Shown in pieces: positions 42,174 through 51,722 of a DNA stretch of 64,000 bases (positions are counted from its first letter, which is position 1; each line of letters opens with the position of its first letter). A program made the position numbers and the translations under genes. This DNA is from Alphaproteobacteria bacterium. Lineage in GTDB: Bacteria; Pseudomonadota; Alphaproteobacteria; Micropepsales; Micropepsaceae. The DNA lies in the NCBI GenBank assembly GCA_015654635.1, contig JAATGP010000007.1, positions 17,771 to 81,770 of the forward strand, read 5' to 3'. The notes under the pieces were generated by a model that saw only the letters and a program-made list of their open reading frames with translations, ran no database searches and was not told the DNA's origin.

Positions 42174-43783
42174 ATGCTCCAGTCGTAACCGTACCACTGC
42201 GTGCCGCCCTCTATCTGCGCGTCTCGACGGTGCGGCAGGCCGAGCACGATGTCTCCATTCCCGACCAGCGCAAGCAAGGCGAAGCCTATTGTCAGTCACG
42301 CGGCTACCAGCTCATCGAGACCTATGTGGAGGCGGGCGCGTCGGCCACCAACGACCGGCGGCCGGAGTTTCAGCGCATGATCGAGGCGGGCACCAGCAAG
42401 CCCGCGCCCTTTGATGTCGTGGTCGTCCATTCGTTCAGCCGGTTCTTCCGCGATCACTTCGAACTGGAGTTCTACGTCAGGAAGCTCGCCAAGAACGGCG
42501 TCAGGCTCGTCTCCATTACCCAGGAGATGGGTGACGATCCCATGCATGTCATGATGCGGCAGATCATGGCGTTGTTCGACGAGTATCAATCCAAGGAGAA
42601 CGCCAAGCACGTCATGCGCGCCATGAAGGAGAATGCCCGGCAGGGATTCTGGAACGGCTCGCTGCCTCCCATCGGCTACCGGGTGGTCGCCGCCGAGCAG
42701 CGTGGCGCCAAGACCAAGAAGAAGCTGGAGATCGACCCGTTGCACGCCGACACCATCCGGCTGATCTATCGGCTGGCCCTGGAGGGCGACGGTACATCCG
42801 GCCCGGTAGGAGTCAAAGCCATCGCGGACTATCTGAACCGCCACCATATCTTCACCCGTGACGGCGGGCGCTGGGGCATCGGGCAGGTCCACCGCATCCT
42901 GACCCGCCGCACCTATATCGGCGAGCACCAGTTCAACAAGCGCTCGAAGACGAAGGAACTGAAGCCCGTCAGCGAGGTGGTGATGGTCGCCGTGCCGCCG
43001 ATCATCGACCAAGCGACCTTCGACGCCGTGCAGGTGCATCTTCATGCCCGCAACCCGAAGGTGACGCCCGCCCGCGTCGTTAGCGGTCCGACCCTCCTTA
43101 CCGGCATCTGCTTCTGCGCCAACTGCGGCGGAGCCATGACACTCAGAACCGGCAAGGGCGGGCGCTATCGCTACTACACCTGCTCGATCAAAGCCCGGCA
43201 GGGCGAGACGGGCTGCAAGGGCCGCTCGATCCCGATGGACAAGCTGGACGATCTGGTTGCCCGCCATCTGGAGAACCGGCTGCTCGATCCCGAACGCTTG
43301 CAGGAAGTCCTGGCTTCACTTCTGGACCGCAGGCAGGAGCGTATCCAGCATCGCAAAGAACATGCCGCGGAGTTGAACAGACGTGCCGCCGAAGCCGAGC
43401 TGCGTCTCAAGCGCCTCTATGAGGCCATCGAATCCGGAATTGCCGATCTGGACGATCCGGCACTGAAGGAGCGTGTCGCTGGCCTCAGGGCAACGCGCGA
43501 TCAAGCTCGGGCCGACGCCGAGCGCACGCGGGCTGTCTCCGAAGACACTAGAAACATCATCAACCCGGCTCTGCTCGGAGGTTTTGCCAAAGCCGCCAGG
43601 GAACGCATTCGGCTACCCAATGGCGGCTACCGGCGGGACCATCTCCGGGCGCTCGCCCAGCGTGTCGAGGTCGCCGACAAAGAGGTCCGCATCATGGGAT
43701 CGAAAAGCGACCTATTGCGGACGCTGGCTGCCTCTTCGGGCGTAAAGCCGGCTACGCCCGGCGTTCGCAGTTCTGTTCTGAAG
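41892..43783. mobile_element. Minimal or decayed integrative element: coupled small ORF + large serine recombinase abutting the tRNA-Ser 3' end
   Basis: Recombinase gene next to a tRNA 3' end, with an AT-richer, non-coding-looking 41.36-41.9 kb stretch on the other side. No terminal repeats found. Confidence 0.4.
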
Positions 43784-43888
43784 TGGCGGATGGGGAGGGA
43801 TTCGAACCCCCGGACCCCGTTAAGGGCCGTCGGTTTTCAAGACCGATGCAATCGACCACTCTGCCACCCATCCGCAACGGGAGCCTGA
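42170..43888 (+). CDS. Large serine recombinase (resolvase N-domain + recombinase domain + Zn-ribbon + coiled coil)
   Basis: AALYLRVSTVRQ catalytic Ser context and CFCANCGGAMTLRTGKGGRYRYYTC zinc ribbon. The last ~35 codons are antisense read-through of tRNA-Ser, so the native C-terminus is uncertain. Confidence 0.85.
   Translation: MNAPVVTVPLRAALYLRVSTVRQAEHDVSIPDQRKQGEAYCQSRGYQLIETYVEAGASATNDRRPEFQRMIEAGTSKPAPFDVVVVHSFSRFFRDHFELEFYVRKLAKNGVRLVSITQEMGDDPMHVMMRQIMALFDEYQSKENAKHVMRAMKENARQGFWNGSLPPIGYRVVAAEQRGAKTKKKLEIDPLHADTIRLIYRLALEGDGTSGPVGVKAIADYLNRHHIFTRDGGRWGIGQVHRILTRRTYIGEHQFNKRSKTKELKPVSEVVMVAVPPIIDQATFDAVQVHLHARNPKVTPARVVSGPTLLTGICFCANCGGAMTLRTGKGGRYRYYTCSIKARQGETGCKGRSIPMDKLDDLVARHLENRLLDPERLQEVLASLLDRRQERIQHRKEHAAELNRRAAEAELRLKRLYEAIESGIADLDDPALKERVAGLRATRDQARADAERTRAVSEDTRNIINPALLGGFAKAARERIRLPNGGYRRDHLRALAQRVEVADKEVRIMGSKSDLLRTLAASSGVKPATPGVRSSVLKWRMGRDSNPRTPLRAVGFQDRCNRPLCHPSATGA
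43784..43873 (-). tRNA. tRNA-Ser (anticodon UGA) with long variable arm and encoded CCA
   Basis: Hand fold. Acceptor GGATGGG/CCCATCC; D-arm GCAG/TTGC. Anticodon stem TCGGT/ACCGA with loop CTTGAAA; T-arm GGGGG-TTCGAAT-CCCTC. Discriminator G followed by CCA. Confidence 0.9.
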
Positions 43889-44130
43889 AGTACTGAAGCG
43901 GCTGGCGCAGCGCAAGCCCCTGCGGAATTTGCCGGTTTCTGAGCGCCCCGCCATTTTGGTTCAGGTTGGGTGGCTTGCTGCGTGGCGCGAAAGCAATTCC
44001 TCAAGCAGAATATCGGGCATTAGAGGAGGGCAGGTTTACACCCCTGTCATGGTGCGAGGCCATCTTCAGCCTTCCACAAGGGGCTGCCATCGATTACGAA
44101 TTGAATCTCGATTGAGGTTGATTCCGTAAC

Positions 44131-45075
44131 ATGCGTCCACACTTGGTTAAGGCCTGTGCTGGACTGCTTGTCGCCGCACTGGCGGCAGGGTGCAGCACGA
44201 CACGGGCACCCGAACGTCACGCTGTCAGCATCCCGGCCAATGCGGGCGTCTACCGGGTCGGCAATCCCTATCAAATCGGCGGCACTTGGTATTATCCGCG
44301 CGAGCAGCCTGACTATGACGAGACGGGCGTTGCCTCCTGGTATGGGCCGGGCTTCTACAACAATTTGACCGCGGACGGCGAAATGTTCACCTCCAAGGAT
44401 CTAACCGCCGCCCACCGCACCCTGCCGTTGCCGGTCAATGTGCGCATTACCAATCTCGACAACGGCCAGTCGCTGGTGGTGCGTGTCAACGACCGCGGGC
44501 CCTATGCCAAAGGGCGCATCATCGATGTCTCGGAACGCGCCGCCAAGCTGCTCGGTTTCAGCGACAAAGGCACGGCCAAAGTGCGGGTGCAGTATCTCGC
44601 CCGCGCCGATTTGCCCAATGGCACCCCGCAGCCTTTTGGCGCCGGAACGCCCGATAGCGAAAAGAACGCCTTGCCGGCCGTGCCCAGCACCGGGGTAGAA
44701 ACCGAACCTCTGGCCCCGGTTGCAGGGTTGCCAGTCGCCCCGCCCAAGCCGGTCGCGGCCTTGCCCAAACCGGTCCCCAGTACCGTGGTGGCCAGCGACG
44801 AAAGCGCTTTGCCGTCCGGCAAGGTCACGCGCGTGCCTGTGCCTGCCGTAACCCATCTCTATGTACAGCTCGGCGCTTTCAGCAATTACCAGAACGCCCA
44901 GCGATTGGCCGCACATCTGGGTGCCGATGTAAGAATTTCGACCATTCAACGCGGCGGCCAAACACTCTATAGAGTGCGCTCAGGTCCGTTCGCTACGACC
45001 GATGATGCCGATACGGCGCTGACCTCGCTGCTGAACCGCGGCGGCACCGACGCCCATATCATCGTCGATCAATAG
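44131..45075 (+). CDS. rlpA: Septal ring lytic transglycosylase RlpA-family lipoprotein (DPBB + SPOR)
   Basis: Lipobox LAAGC, GVASWYGPGF...TAAHRTLPLP..VRVNDRGP, and a C-terminal SPOR domain (LYVQLGAFSNYQNAQRL...YRVRSGPF). Confidence 0.85.
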   Translation: MRPHLVKACAGLLVAALAAGCSTTRAPERHAVSIPANAGVYRVGNPYQIGGTWYYPREQPDYDETGVASWYGPGFYNNLTADGEMFTSKDLTAAHRTLPLPVNVRITNLDNGQSLVVRVNDRGPYAKGRIIDVSERAAKLLGFSDKGTAKVRVQYLARADLPNGTPQPFGAGTPDSEKNALPAVPSTGVETEPLAPVAGLPVAPPKPVAALPKPVPSTVVASDESALPSGKVTRVPVPAVTHLYVQLGAFSNYQNAQRLAAHLGADVRISTIQRGGQTLYRVRSGPFATTDDADTALTSLLNRGGTDAHIIVDQ

Positions 45076-45105
45076 ACCGCTCAGCTGCCTTTGGAGGGCA
45101 TTATC

Positions 45106-46299
45106 ATGTCGCGATTGCGCGTCCTCTTCGCCATTCTTTCCCTTTGCGCCTTATCGATGGGGCCTGCGGGCGCGGTGATGAACACCAGTGCCGAACATGC
45201 GGTGCTGATGGACGCCCAGACCGGTCAGGTTTTGTGGGCCAAGGACGGCTATGCGCAAATGGCGCCCGCCTCCATGAGCAAGCTGATGACCCTGGAGGTC
45301 TTGTTCCAGCGCTTGAAGGATGGTCGCGTCAAGCTCACGGATAAGTTCGCAGTCTCCGAGCGGGCCTGGCGGACCGGCGGCTCCAAGGGTTTTGTGCGTG
45401 TTGGTGACCAGCTTACGGTGGAAGATCTTATCAACCGCATCATTGTGGTCTCGGGCAACGACGCCTGTGTGGTCGTAGCCGAGGCGCTGGGCGGCTCGAT
45501 GGAGGGCTTTGTCGATCTGATGAACAGCCGCGCCAAGGCGATTGGCCTTTCCGGCTCGCATTTCGTCAATCCGGATGGATTGCCGGAACCAGCTGGGCAG
45601 ACGATGACGGCCTTTGACCTTGCCAAACTGGCGCGCCACCTGATCAACACCTATCCTGCCTATTATCATTTCTTCAGTGTCCGCAGCTACACCACCACCG
45701 ACCAAGGCAAATCGATTACCCAGCCCAACCGCAACATGGTGCTCGATAAGTTCCCGGGCGCTGACGGCCTGAAAACCGGTCATACCGATTTGGCGGGTTA
45801 TGGCGTGACCGCTTCCGCCGTGAAGGATGGCCATCGCCTGATCTTGGTGCTCAATGGCCTTCGTTATCCCGATCTCAATAAGGCTCCGCCAGCCAAGGCC
45901 GACTGGTTTGCCGAGCTGCGCCGCGCCGAAGAAGCCGCTCGCGTGCTCGCCATGGGCTTTCGCGAATTCCGTTCCTTTGCGGTCTTCAAAACCAATGAGA
46001 TCGCCGGCAATATTCCGGTCTCCGGCGGGGCGCAAAGCTTCGTGCCGGTGACGGCCAAGGCGCCGGTTGCCGTGACCATGCAGGTCGACTCGCGCCAGGG
46101 GCTGAAAGTGGCCCTGCATTATGCGCCCCAGGTCAAAGCTCCGATCAGAGCCGGCGATCAGGTCGGCACACTGTCGGTGACGGCTCCCGATTTTCCCGGA
46201 TTGACGGTTCCCGTCTTTGCCGCACAAGACGTTCCGCGCATCAGTCTCTTCAGCCGCATGGCCGCCAGCATCCAGGCGCTCTTCAAAGGCAAGAAGTAA
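45106..46299 (+). CDS. D-alanyl-D-alanine carboxypeptidase (PBP5/6 class)
   Basis: SxxK (ASMSKLMT), SxN (SGND) and KTG (KTGHT) motifs. Start MSRLRVLF after GGAGGG. Confidence 0.85.
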   Translation: MSRLRVLFAILSLCALSMGPAGAVMNTSAEHAVLMDAQTGQVLWAKDGYAQMAPASMSKLMTLEVLFQRLKDGRVKLTDKFAVSERAWRTGGSKGFVRVGDQLTVEDLINRIIVVSGNDACVVVAEALGGSMEGFVDLMNSRAKAIGLSGSHFVNPDGLPEPAGQTMTAFDLAKLARHLINTYPAYYHFFSVRSYTTTDQGKSITQPNRNMVLDKFPGADGLKTGHTDLAGYGVTASAVKDGHRLILVLNGLRYPDLNKAPPAKADWFAELRRAEEAARVLAMGFREFRSFAVFKTNEIAGNIPVSGGAQSFVPVTAKAPVAVTMQVDSRQGLKVALHYAPQVKAPIRAGDQVGTLSVTAPDFPGLTVPVFAAQDVPRISLFSRMAASIQALFKGKK

Positions 46300-46302
46300 G
46301 CA

Positions 46303-46938
46303 ATGGCAAAATTGGGCCGCTTTATTACCTTCGAAGGCGGCGAGGGCACCGGCAAATCCACCCAGGCTAAGCGCCTTCAAGCGAAGTTGGCACAGCGCAA
46401 CATTCCTAGCATTCTGACGCGCGAACCGGGCGGCTCGCCGGGCGCCGAAGAAATTCGCAGCCTGCTTCTGCAAGGCAATCCGGGACGGTGGGAGCCGCTG
46501 ACGGAGGCGCTCCTGTTCTACGCCGCGCGGGCCGATCATACCGACCGCACCATCAAACCGGCGCTCGTTGCCGGGAAATGGGTGATTTGCGACCGTTATT
46601 CGGATTCCAGCTATGCCTATCAGGGTGGTGGTCGCGGGCTGAACCGCGAAACCGTGCGCCGCATCGAGGCCATCGCCATCGGCGACTTCAAGCCTGAACT
46701 GACGCTGATCCTGGATCAGGACCCCGAGATCGGCTTGGCGCGTGTGGCTTCGCGCACCCACAAAGAAACCCGTTTTGAGGAGTTCGACATCGAATTTCAC
46801 CGCCGCATGCGCAAATCCTTTCTCGACATTGCCCGCCGCGCCCCTGATCGCTGCGCCGTGATCGATGCCAACCAGGATGTGGACGCGGTGGAAGAGGCGG
46901 TTTTCCAGCTGCTTAAGACGCGATTGCGGATAAAGTAG
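46303..46938 (+). CDS. tmk: Thymidylate kinase
   Basis: FITFEGGEGTGKSTQ P-loop and DRY-type motif (CDRYSDSSYAYQG). Confidence 0.9.
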   Translation: MAKLGRFITFEGGEGTGKSTQAKRLQAKLAQRNIPSILTREPGGSPGAEEIRSLLLQGNPGRWEPLTEALLFYAARADHTDRTIKPALVAGKWVICDRYSDSSYAYQGGGRGLNRETVRRIEAIAIGDFKPELTLILDQDPEIGLARVASRTHKETRFEEFDIEFHRRMRKSFLDIARRAPDRCAVIDANQDVDAVEEAVFQLLKTRLRIK

Positions 46939-46942
46939 CCGC

Positions 46943-47998
46943 ATGGCCAGGAAAGTTCGCGTTCAGGAAATTGCCGAACTCGACCGGGTTGAGGGTGCGC
47001 CCCACCCGCGGGAGACGGCGCGGCTCGCGGGTCAAGATGCTGCCCTCGATATTGTCTCCCGGGCGTTGCGCAGTGGCCGGCCGCCGCAAGCTTGGCTGAT
47101 GTGCGGACCGCCCGGCGTCGGCAAAGCCACCATGGCCTACCGCATCGCGCGTTATCTTCTGGCTTACGGCGCCACCGCGGAGGGTCCCGAAGACCTTGGC
47201 GTTCCGGCGCACGATACCGTTACCCAACAAGTTGCGGCAGGGTCTCATCCTGGGCTTTTGGTGCTGAAACGTGGCCTGAATGATGCCGGCAAGCTGATGA
47301 CAGTGCTCGGTGTTGACGAAATGAGCCGCCTCAACAGCTTTTTCGGCATGACCAGCGGCGCCGGTGGCTGGCGCGTCGTTATCATCGACACTGCCGACGA
47401 CATGAATGACAACGCCGCCAACGCATTGCTGAAATTGCTCGAAGAGCCGCCCAAACAGGCGATGTTGCTGCTCCTCACACACACGCCAGGGCGGCTACTT
47501 CCCACCATTCGCTCGCGCTGCCAGCGGCTGTTACTCAGGCCGTTGGACGAGGCCGCCATGCAAGACGAACTGGCCCTGCTTCTGCCCGAGGCGAGCCCGG
47601 ACGAGCGCGCCGCGCTGGCGCAGCTTGCGGGTGGATCGCTCGGCGCCGCGCTCAGGTTGGGGCAGGGCGACGGTGTTACCCTCGCCAAGGATGCCTTGCG
47701 GCTGATCGATAACGCGGCCGTTCCTGATATTGTCGCCCTGCTTTCCCTTGCGGATCGGCTGGCGCGTATCACCGACGGGCTCAACATGCTGGGCGATTTT
47801 ATGGCCCAGGCCCTGACCGACCGCATTCGTGCCCGCGCCATGGCCGGCCAAACCGGGCTCTACAAATGGGTGGATGCGCTGGAGCGTATGCGCCGGCATT
47901 TCGGGCGCACGGATGCGCTCCATCTCGACCCACGCCAGAGTCTGCTGTCGACGGCCAGCGATCTGGCCGCCACAAGTCGCCGAGCGGGAGGAATTTGA
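46943..47998 (+). CDS. holB: DNA polymerase III delta' subunit
   Basis: GPPGVGKATMAYRIARYLL, LLKLLEEPP, SRCQ. Confidence 0.85.
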   Translation: MARKVRVQEIAELDRVEGAPHPRETARLAGQDAALDIVSRALRSGRPPQAWLMCGPPGVGKATMAYRIARYLLAYGATAEGPEDLGVPAHDTVTQQVAAGSHPGLLVLKRGLNDAGKLMTVLGVDEMSRLNSFFGMTSGAGGWRVVIIDTADDMNDNAANALLKLLEEPPKQAMLLLLTHTPGRLLPTIRSRCQRLLLRPLDEAAMQDELALLLPEASPDERAALAQLAGGSLGAALRLGQGDGVTLAKDALRLIDNAAVPDIVALLSLADRLARITDGLNMLGDFMAQALTDRIRARAMAGQTGLYKWVDALERMRRHFGRTDALHLDPRQSLLSTASDLAATSRRAGGI

Positions 47999-48777
47999 TG
48001 CTGGTCGATAGCCATTGCCATCTGGAGTACGACAGCTTCGTGGACGAAGGCTCGGCGGTCATGGACCGTGCCCGTGCCGCCGGGGTCGCCACTTGCGTCA
48101 CCATCGGCACCAAACTGTCCAGCTTTCCCAAAACCTTGGCGGTGGCCGAGCGTTACGACCATATCTGGTGCACTGTCGGTGTGCATCCCCACGAAGCGGC
48201 GGCCGAGCCTTTGACCGATGCCAGTGTCCTCATCGAAGCCACGCGCCACCCCAAAGTGATCGGCATCGGCGAGACCGGGCTCGATTATTACTACGATCAT
48301 TCTCCGCGAGCCGAGCAGGCCACCAATTTTCTTGTCCATATCGATGCGGCGCAGCAGACCGGTTTGCCGCTGGTGATCCACACCCGCGATGCCGAGGACG
48401 ACACCATAGCGATGCTGGATGAGAAGATGAAGAAAGCGCCGTATAGCGCTGTATTACATTGCTTTTCTGGAACTCCAAAGCTCGCAGAGGCGGGCCTGAA
48501 GATGGGGATGTATCTGTCGGCTTCGGGTATCATAACCTTCAAAACCGCGGAGGCTCTGCGGGACGTCTTTCGCACCGTGCCGCTTGACCGGCTGCTGGTG
48601 GAGACGGATTCACCCTATCTGGCTCCGATCCCTTATCGCGGCAAACGCAATGAGCCGTCCTATGTGGTTCATACCGCTGCGATTTTGGCTGAGCTCAAAG
48701 GTGTCAGCCCCGCAGAAATCGCCCGCGTCACCACCGAAAACTTCTTTCGTCTCTTTGCCAAAGCCATGGCAGCATGA
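47998..48777 (+). CDS. TatD-family metal-dependent hydrolase
   Basis: MLVDSHCHL start overlapping the holB stop (TGATG); GETGLDYYY, HTRDA. Confidence 0.85.
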   Translation: MLVDSHCHLEYDSFVDEGSAVMDRARAAGVATCVTIGTKLSSFPKTLAVAERYDHIWCTVGVHPHEAAAEPLTDASVLIEATRHPKVIGIGETGLDYYYDHSPRAEQATNFLVHIDAAQQTGLPLVIHTRDAEDDTIAMLDEKMKKAPYSAVLHCFSGTPKLAEAGLKMGMYLSASGIITFKTAEALRDVFRTVPLDRLLVETDSPYLAPIPYRGKRNEPSYVVHTAAILAELKGVSPAEIARVTTENFFRLFAKAMAA

Positions 48778-49595
48778 ACGAGATCGTCGTCACCATTCTT
48801 GGCAGCGGCTGTTCTTCTGGCGTCCCGCGCCTGGGTGGGGCGGATCTGGCTGGCGATTGGGGGGCCTGCGACCCCTTAAATCCGAAAAACCGGCGCACAC
48901 GCTGTTCCATACTGGTCGAGCGGCATGGTTCGGGGGGCGTCACCAGGGTGTTGGTGGATACGGCGCCGGACCTGCGCGAGCAGATGTTGCGTGCCCGGGT
49001 AGCCGCTGTGGATGCGGTGCTTCTCACCCACGACCATGCCGATCAGCTGCATGGCCTGGATGACCTGCGCCAGCTTGCCCATTTTATGGGGCGCCGGGTC
49101 GCGGTCTACGCCGACCCGCGCTGCGCCACCACGGTGTCGGCCCGGTTCGGTTATTGCTTTGCCTCCCCACAGGGTAGCCCTTATCCGCCCATCGCCGTTT
49201 TGAACATTATCCCGGAGCCGCTGGCAGCGTGGGAAATTGCTGGGGCAGGGGGCCCTCTTCCGGTTTCGCCATTTTGGCAGCAGCATGGCACCATCCGTTC
49301 TCTCGGCTTTCGCTTTGGCCCTATCGCCTATTCGCCGGACGTCAACGCACTGGATAATGATGCCTTCGCCGTGTTGGCTGGCGTCGAGACTTGGATCGTG
49401 GACGCGCTGCGCCACAAGCCGCATCCAACCCATGCCAATGTCACGCAAGCTCTGGAATGGATCGCGCGTCTCAAGCCGCGGCACGCGGTATTGACCAATC
49501 TGCATCAGGATTTGGATTACGAGACCCTGAAAACCAGCCTCGCGGACGGTATCGAGCCGGCCTATGACGGTTTACGGCTCGCCGTAGCCCTCTGA
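48774..49595 (+). CDS. MBL-fold metallo-hydrolase (PhnP-like)
   Basis: LLTHDHADQLHGLDDL (HxHxDH) motif. ATGA overlap with the tatD-like gene. Confidence 0.8.
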   Translation: MNEIVVTILGSGCSSGVPRLGGADLAGDWGACDPLNPKNRRTRCSILVERHGSGGVTRVLVDTAPDLREQMLRARVAAVDAVLLTHDHADQLHGLDDLRQLAHFMGRRVAVYADPRCATTVSARFGYCFASPQGSPYPPIAVLNIIPEPLAAWEIAGAGGPLPVSPFWQQHGTIRSLGFRFGPIAYSPDVNALDNDAFAVLAGVETWIVDALRHKPHPTHANVTQALEWIARLKPRHAVLTNLHQDLDYETLKTSLADGIEPAYDGLRLAVAL

Positions 49596-49746
49596 GGCTC
49601 GCAATTCCCGGGGTTTAGCAGACGACCTCAGAATATAACATTTACCATGTAATATCAAGTGCTTATATGTCATCACCCTGCCCGGTTTCGCCCCAAATAG
49701 GGAATCGCAATTTTGACGGGCAGGGGATGAAAATAGGGTTGATGGG

Positions 49747-49944
49747 CTAGCGCCCCTGATGGCGGAAGTTGCGGCCCTTGCCTTTGAGCTGGCCAAAATT
49801 CTTCGAGCCGCGAGTTGGAAAATCGGCGGCGATATTGGGCGGCAGTCCGCCAATAGGCGCTTTTACCGGGCGCTTGGTATCGTCATGTAGATGTTCCTTG
49901 ACCGGTTGGTCGTCGGGATTTTGGTCTTTTGGGGTATTGGGCAT
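49747..49944 (-). CDS. Small basic hypothetical protein (65 aa)
   Basis: Start MPNTPKDQNPDD after a CAGGAG RBS. Lys/Pro/Gly-rich and probably disordered. No family recognised. Confidence 0.4.
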   Translation of the reverse strand: MPNTPKDQNPDDQPVKEHLHDDTKRPVKAPIGGLPPNIAADFPTRGSKNFGQLKGKGRNFRHQGR

Positions 49945-49969
49945 TGCAAACTCCTGCCTGTGCGGACGC

Positions 49970-49995
49970 ACCGACTATACACCCAATCCAGTTCC
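49970..49995 (-). promoter_or_regulatory. Possible EcfG-type promoter GGAAC-N17-CGGT upstream of the small basic ORF
   Basis: Minus strand: GGAAC (49995-49991), 17 nt, CGGT (49973-49970). The implied 5' UTR is about 18-25 nt. Confidence 0.25.
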
Positions 49996-50123
49996 ATGAG
50001 CGATTTTCCTAGCCAAAGCCCATCACGAATTTCCCATAATATATCTTATACGAATTATGGATAGTCCGATTATCTTTCTGCGGAGCCTTGCCCCCGGTGG
50101 GCCTCCGCCGCTCTTATCGCCCC

Positions 50124-50918
50124 ATGACTCAGATTCCAACCAATGACCTGCCCGGCCTCCTCGCTCTAATGGCGCGCTTGCGCTCTTCTGAAGGCGGCTG
50201 CCCCTGGGACCGCGAGCAGAGCTTCGCCACTGTCGCCCCTTACACAATCGAAGAAGCCTATGAAGTTGCCGCAGCCATCGAGGAGGAAGATTGGAGCCAC
50301 CTGAGGGAGGAATTGGGCGACCTGCTCTTTCAAGTCGTGTTCCATTCCCAAATGGCGGCCGAGCGCGATTTGTTCGATTTCCAGGATGTGGCTGCTGGCA
50401 TTGTGGCCAAGATGATCATGCGCCATCCCCATGTCTTTGCGAATGCTGAGCGGCCTGGTGATGCCACAGCACAGACAGAGGCCTGGGAACGATTGAAGCG
50501 CAAAGAGCGCGCCGCCAAACACACCAGCCTCCTGGATGACGTGCCGCTCGCCCTGCCCGCACTGATGCGCGCGGAAAAACTCCAGAAGCGCGCCGGAAGC
50601 GTCGGATTTGATTGGGATGATTCTCGCAAGGTCGTGGCTAAGCTGGCCGAGGAAGCAGGCGAAATCGTCGACGCTGTGGAGGCTGGTGAAGGCCAAGCTC
50701 GAATCGAGGAAGAGGTAGGGGATCTGCTGTTTGTGGTGGCAAACCTCGCACGCCACTTGAAGGTCGCTCCGGAAGTGGCTCTGCGCAAAGCGAATCACAA
50801 GTTTGTGACTCGTTTCCAACACATCGAAGCCGCCCTCGCCCAGGCCGGACGCACGCCCGCCGAGGCTAGCTTAGACGAGATGGAAGCGTTGTGGCTGGAA
50901 GCAAAGAAAAAGGTCTAA
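50124..50918 (+). CDS. mazG: Nucleoside triphosphate pyrophosphohydrolase MazG
   Basis: Tandem MazG domains (CPWDREQSF..EEAYEV..ELGDLLFQVV; EEVGDLLFVVANLARH). Confidence 0.85.
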   Translation: MTQIPTNDLPGLLALMARLRSSEGGCPWDREQSFATVAPYTIEEAYEVAAAIEEEDWSHLREELGDLLFQVVFHSQMAAERDLFDFQDVAAGIVAKMIMRHPHVFANAERPGDATAQTEAWERLKRKERAAKHTSLLDDVPLALPALMRAEKLQKRAGSVGFDWDDSRKVVAKLAEEAGEIVDAVEAGEGQARIEEEVGDLLFVVANLARHLKVAPEVALRKANHKFVTRFQHIEAALAQAGRTPAEASLDEMEALWLEAKKKV

Positions 50919-51044
50919 TGCCTCTCAACCTCCTTCTATTTATTTCCAAGGCTTTTGTTGCACCCGGAGTGTTGCCGTAACGAATGTTTATTGTAGGTTT
51001 TTTAGCTTCAAACTATAACGTCCCGTGTCGTTGGACACCTAACT

Positions 51045-51722
51045 ATGGCAGCGGATATTGAATCAACCGCACTAGCGGTAACGCACTACGATGCGGACTA
51101 TTTTGCTTGGCAGAACTCGCTTGGCGATATGACTGGAGTCCTCAACGGACAAATGTTTGCTCCGTTTGTCAAACCAAAGGACGCGGTCGTCGATTTTGGC
51201 TGTGGCGGCGGATATTTGCTGTCTTATCTGCAGGTCGCCCGAAAACTGGGGATTGATGTTAATCCCGTCGCCCGTGATCACGCCAAAACGCTTGGTATCG
51301 ACACGGTAGCATCACTGGACGATGTGGCCGACAACAGTTTCGATGTGGCAATTTCTTGCCACGCGCTTGAGCATACGGAAGCGCCGTTGGACGTGTTGCG
51401 GATTATTAAATCTAAGATTAAGCCCGGCGGGCGTGCTGTTTTTGTCGTCCCCTGCGAGCGCTACGACATGGCCTATGTGCCGACAAACATAGATCAACAT
51501 TTGTACACCTGGAGCCCGGTGAACATCGGTAATCTGTTCGTCCATGCAGGCTTCGAAGTGGAAACCGTGCAGCGGATTGCCCATCGGTGGCCTCCCCTGA
51601 TACACACGATCTACCGTTTCTTCGGTCTTGCTGTGACCAATTTTTGCTGCAAGCTTTATGCTTGGCTGCGGCCGAAATTGACCCAGATTCGGGTGGTAGC
51701 CCGGCGCCCAATCGAAGCGTAA
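51045..51722 (+). CDS. Class I SAM-dependent methyltransferase (orphan, lower-GC)
   Basis: VVDFGCGGGYLL motif I. The gene and both flanks are visibly AT-richer than the surroundings. Confidence 0.75.
   Translation: MAADIESTALAVTHYDADYFAWQNSLGDMTGVLNGQMFAPFVKPKDAVVDFGCGGGYLLSYLQVARKLGIDVNPVARDHAKTLGIDTVASLDDVADNSFDVAISCHALEHTEAPLDVLRIIKSKIKPGGRAVFVVPCERYDMAYVPTNIDQHLYTWSPVNIGNLFVHAGFEVETVQRIAHRWPPLIHTIYRFFGLAVTNFCCKLYAWLRPKLTQIRVVARRPIEA

Noticed and set aside
43784-43888. C-terminal ~35 residues of the serine recombinase (WRMGRDSNPRTPLRAVGFQDRCNRPLCHPSATGA) as a real protein domain
   Set aside because: This segment is the antisense translation of tRNA-Ser (the DSNPR signature of the T-arm). 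It is read-through, not a conserved domain.
45151-46944. 597-aa ORF on the minus strand spanning the dacC-like and tmk genes
   Set aside because: It is antisense to two genes with unmistakable catalytic motifs (SxxK/SxN/KTG; the Tmk P-loop). The product is Arg/Gly/Ala/His-rich with no motifs. This is the typical long shadow ORF of GC-rich DNA.
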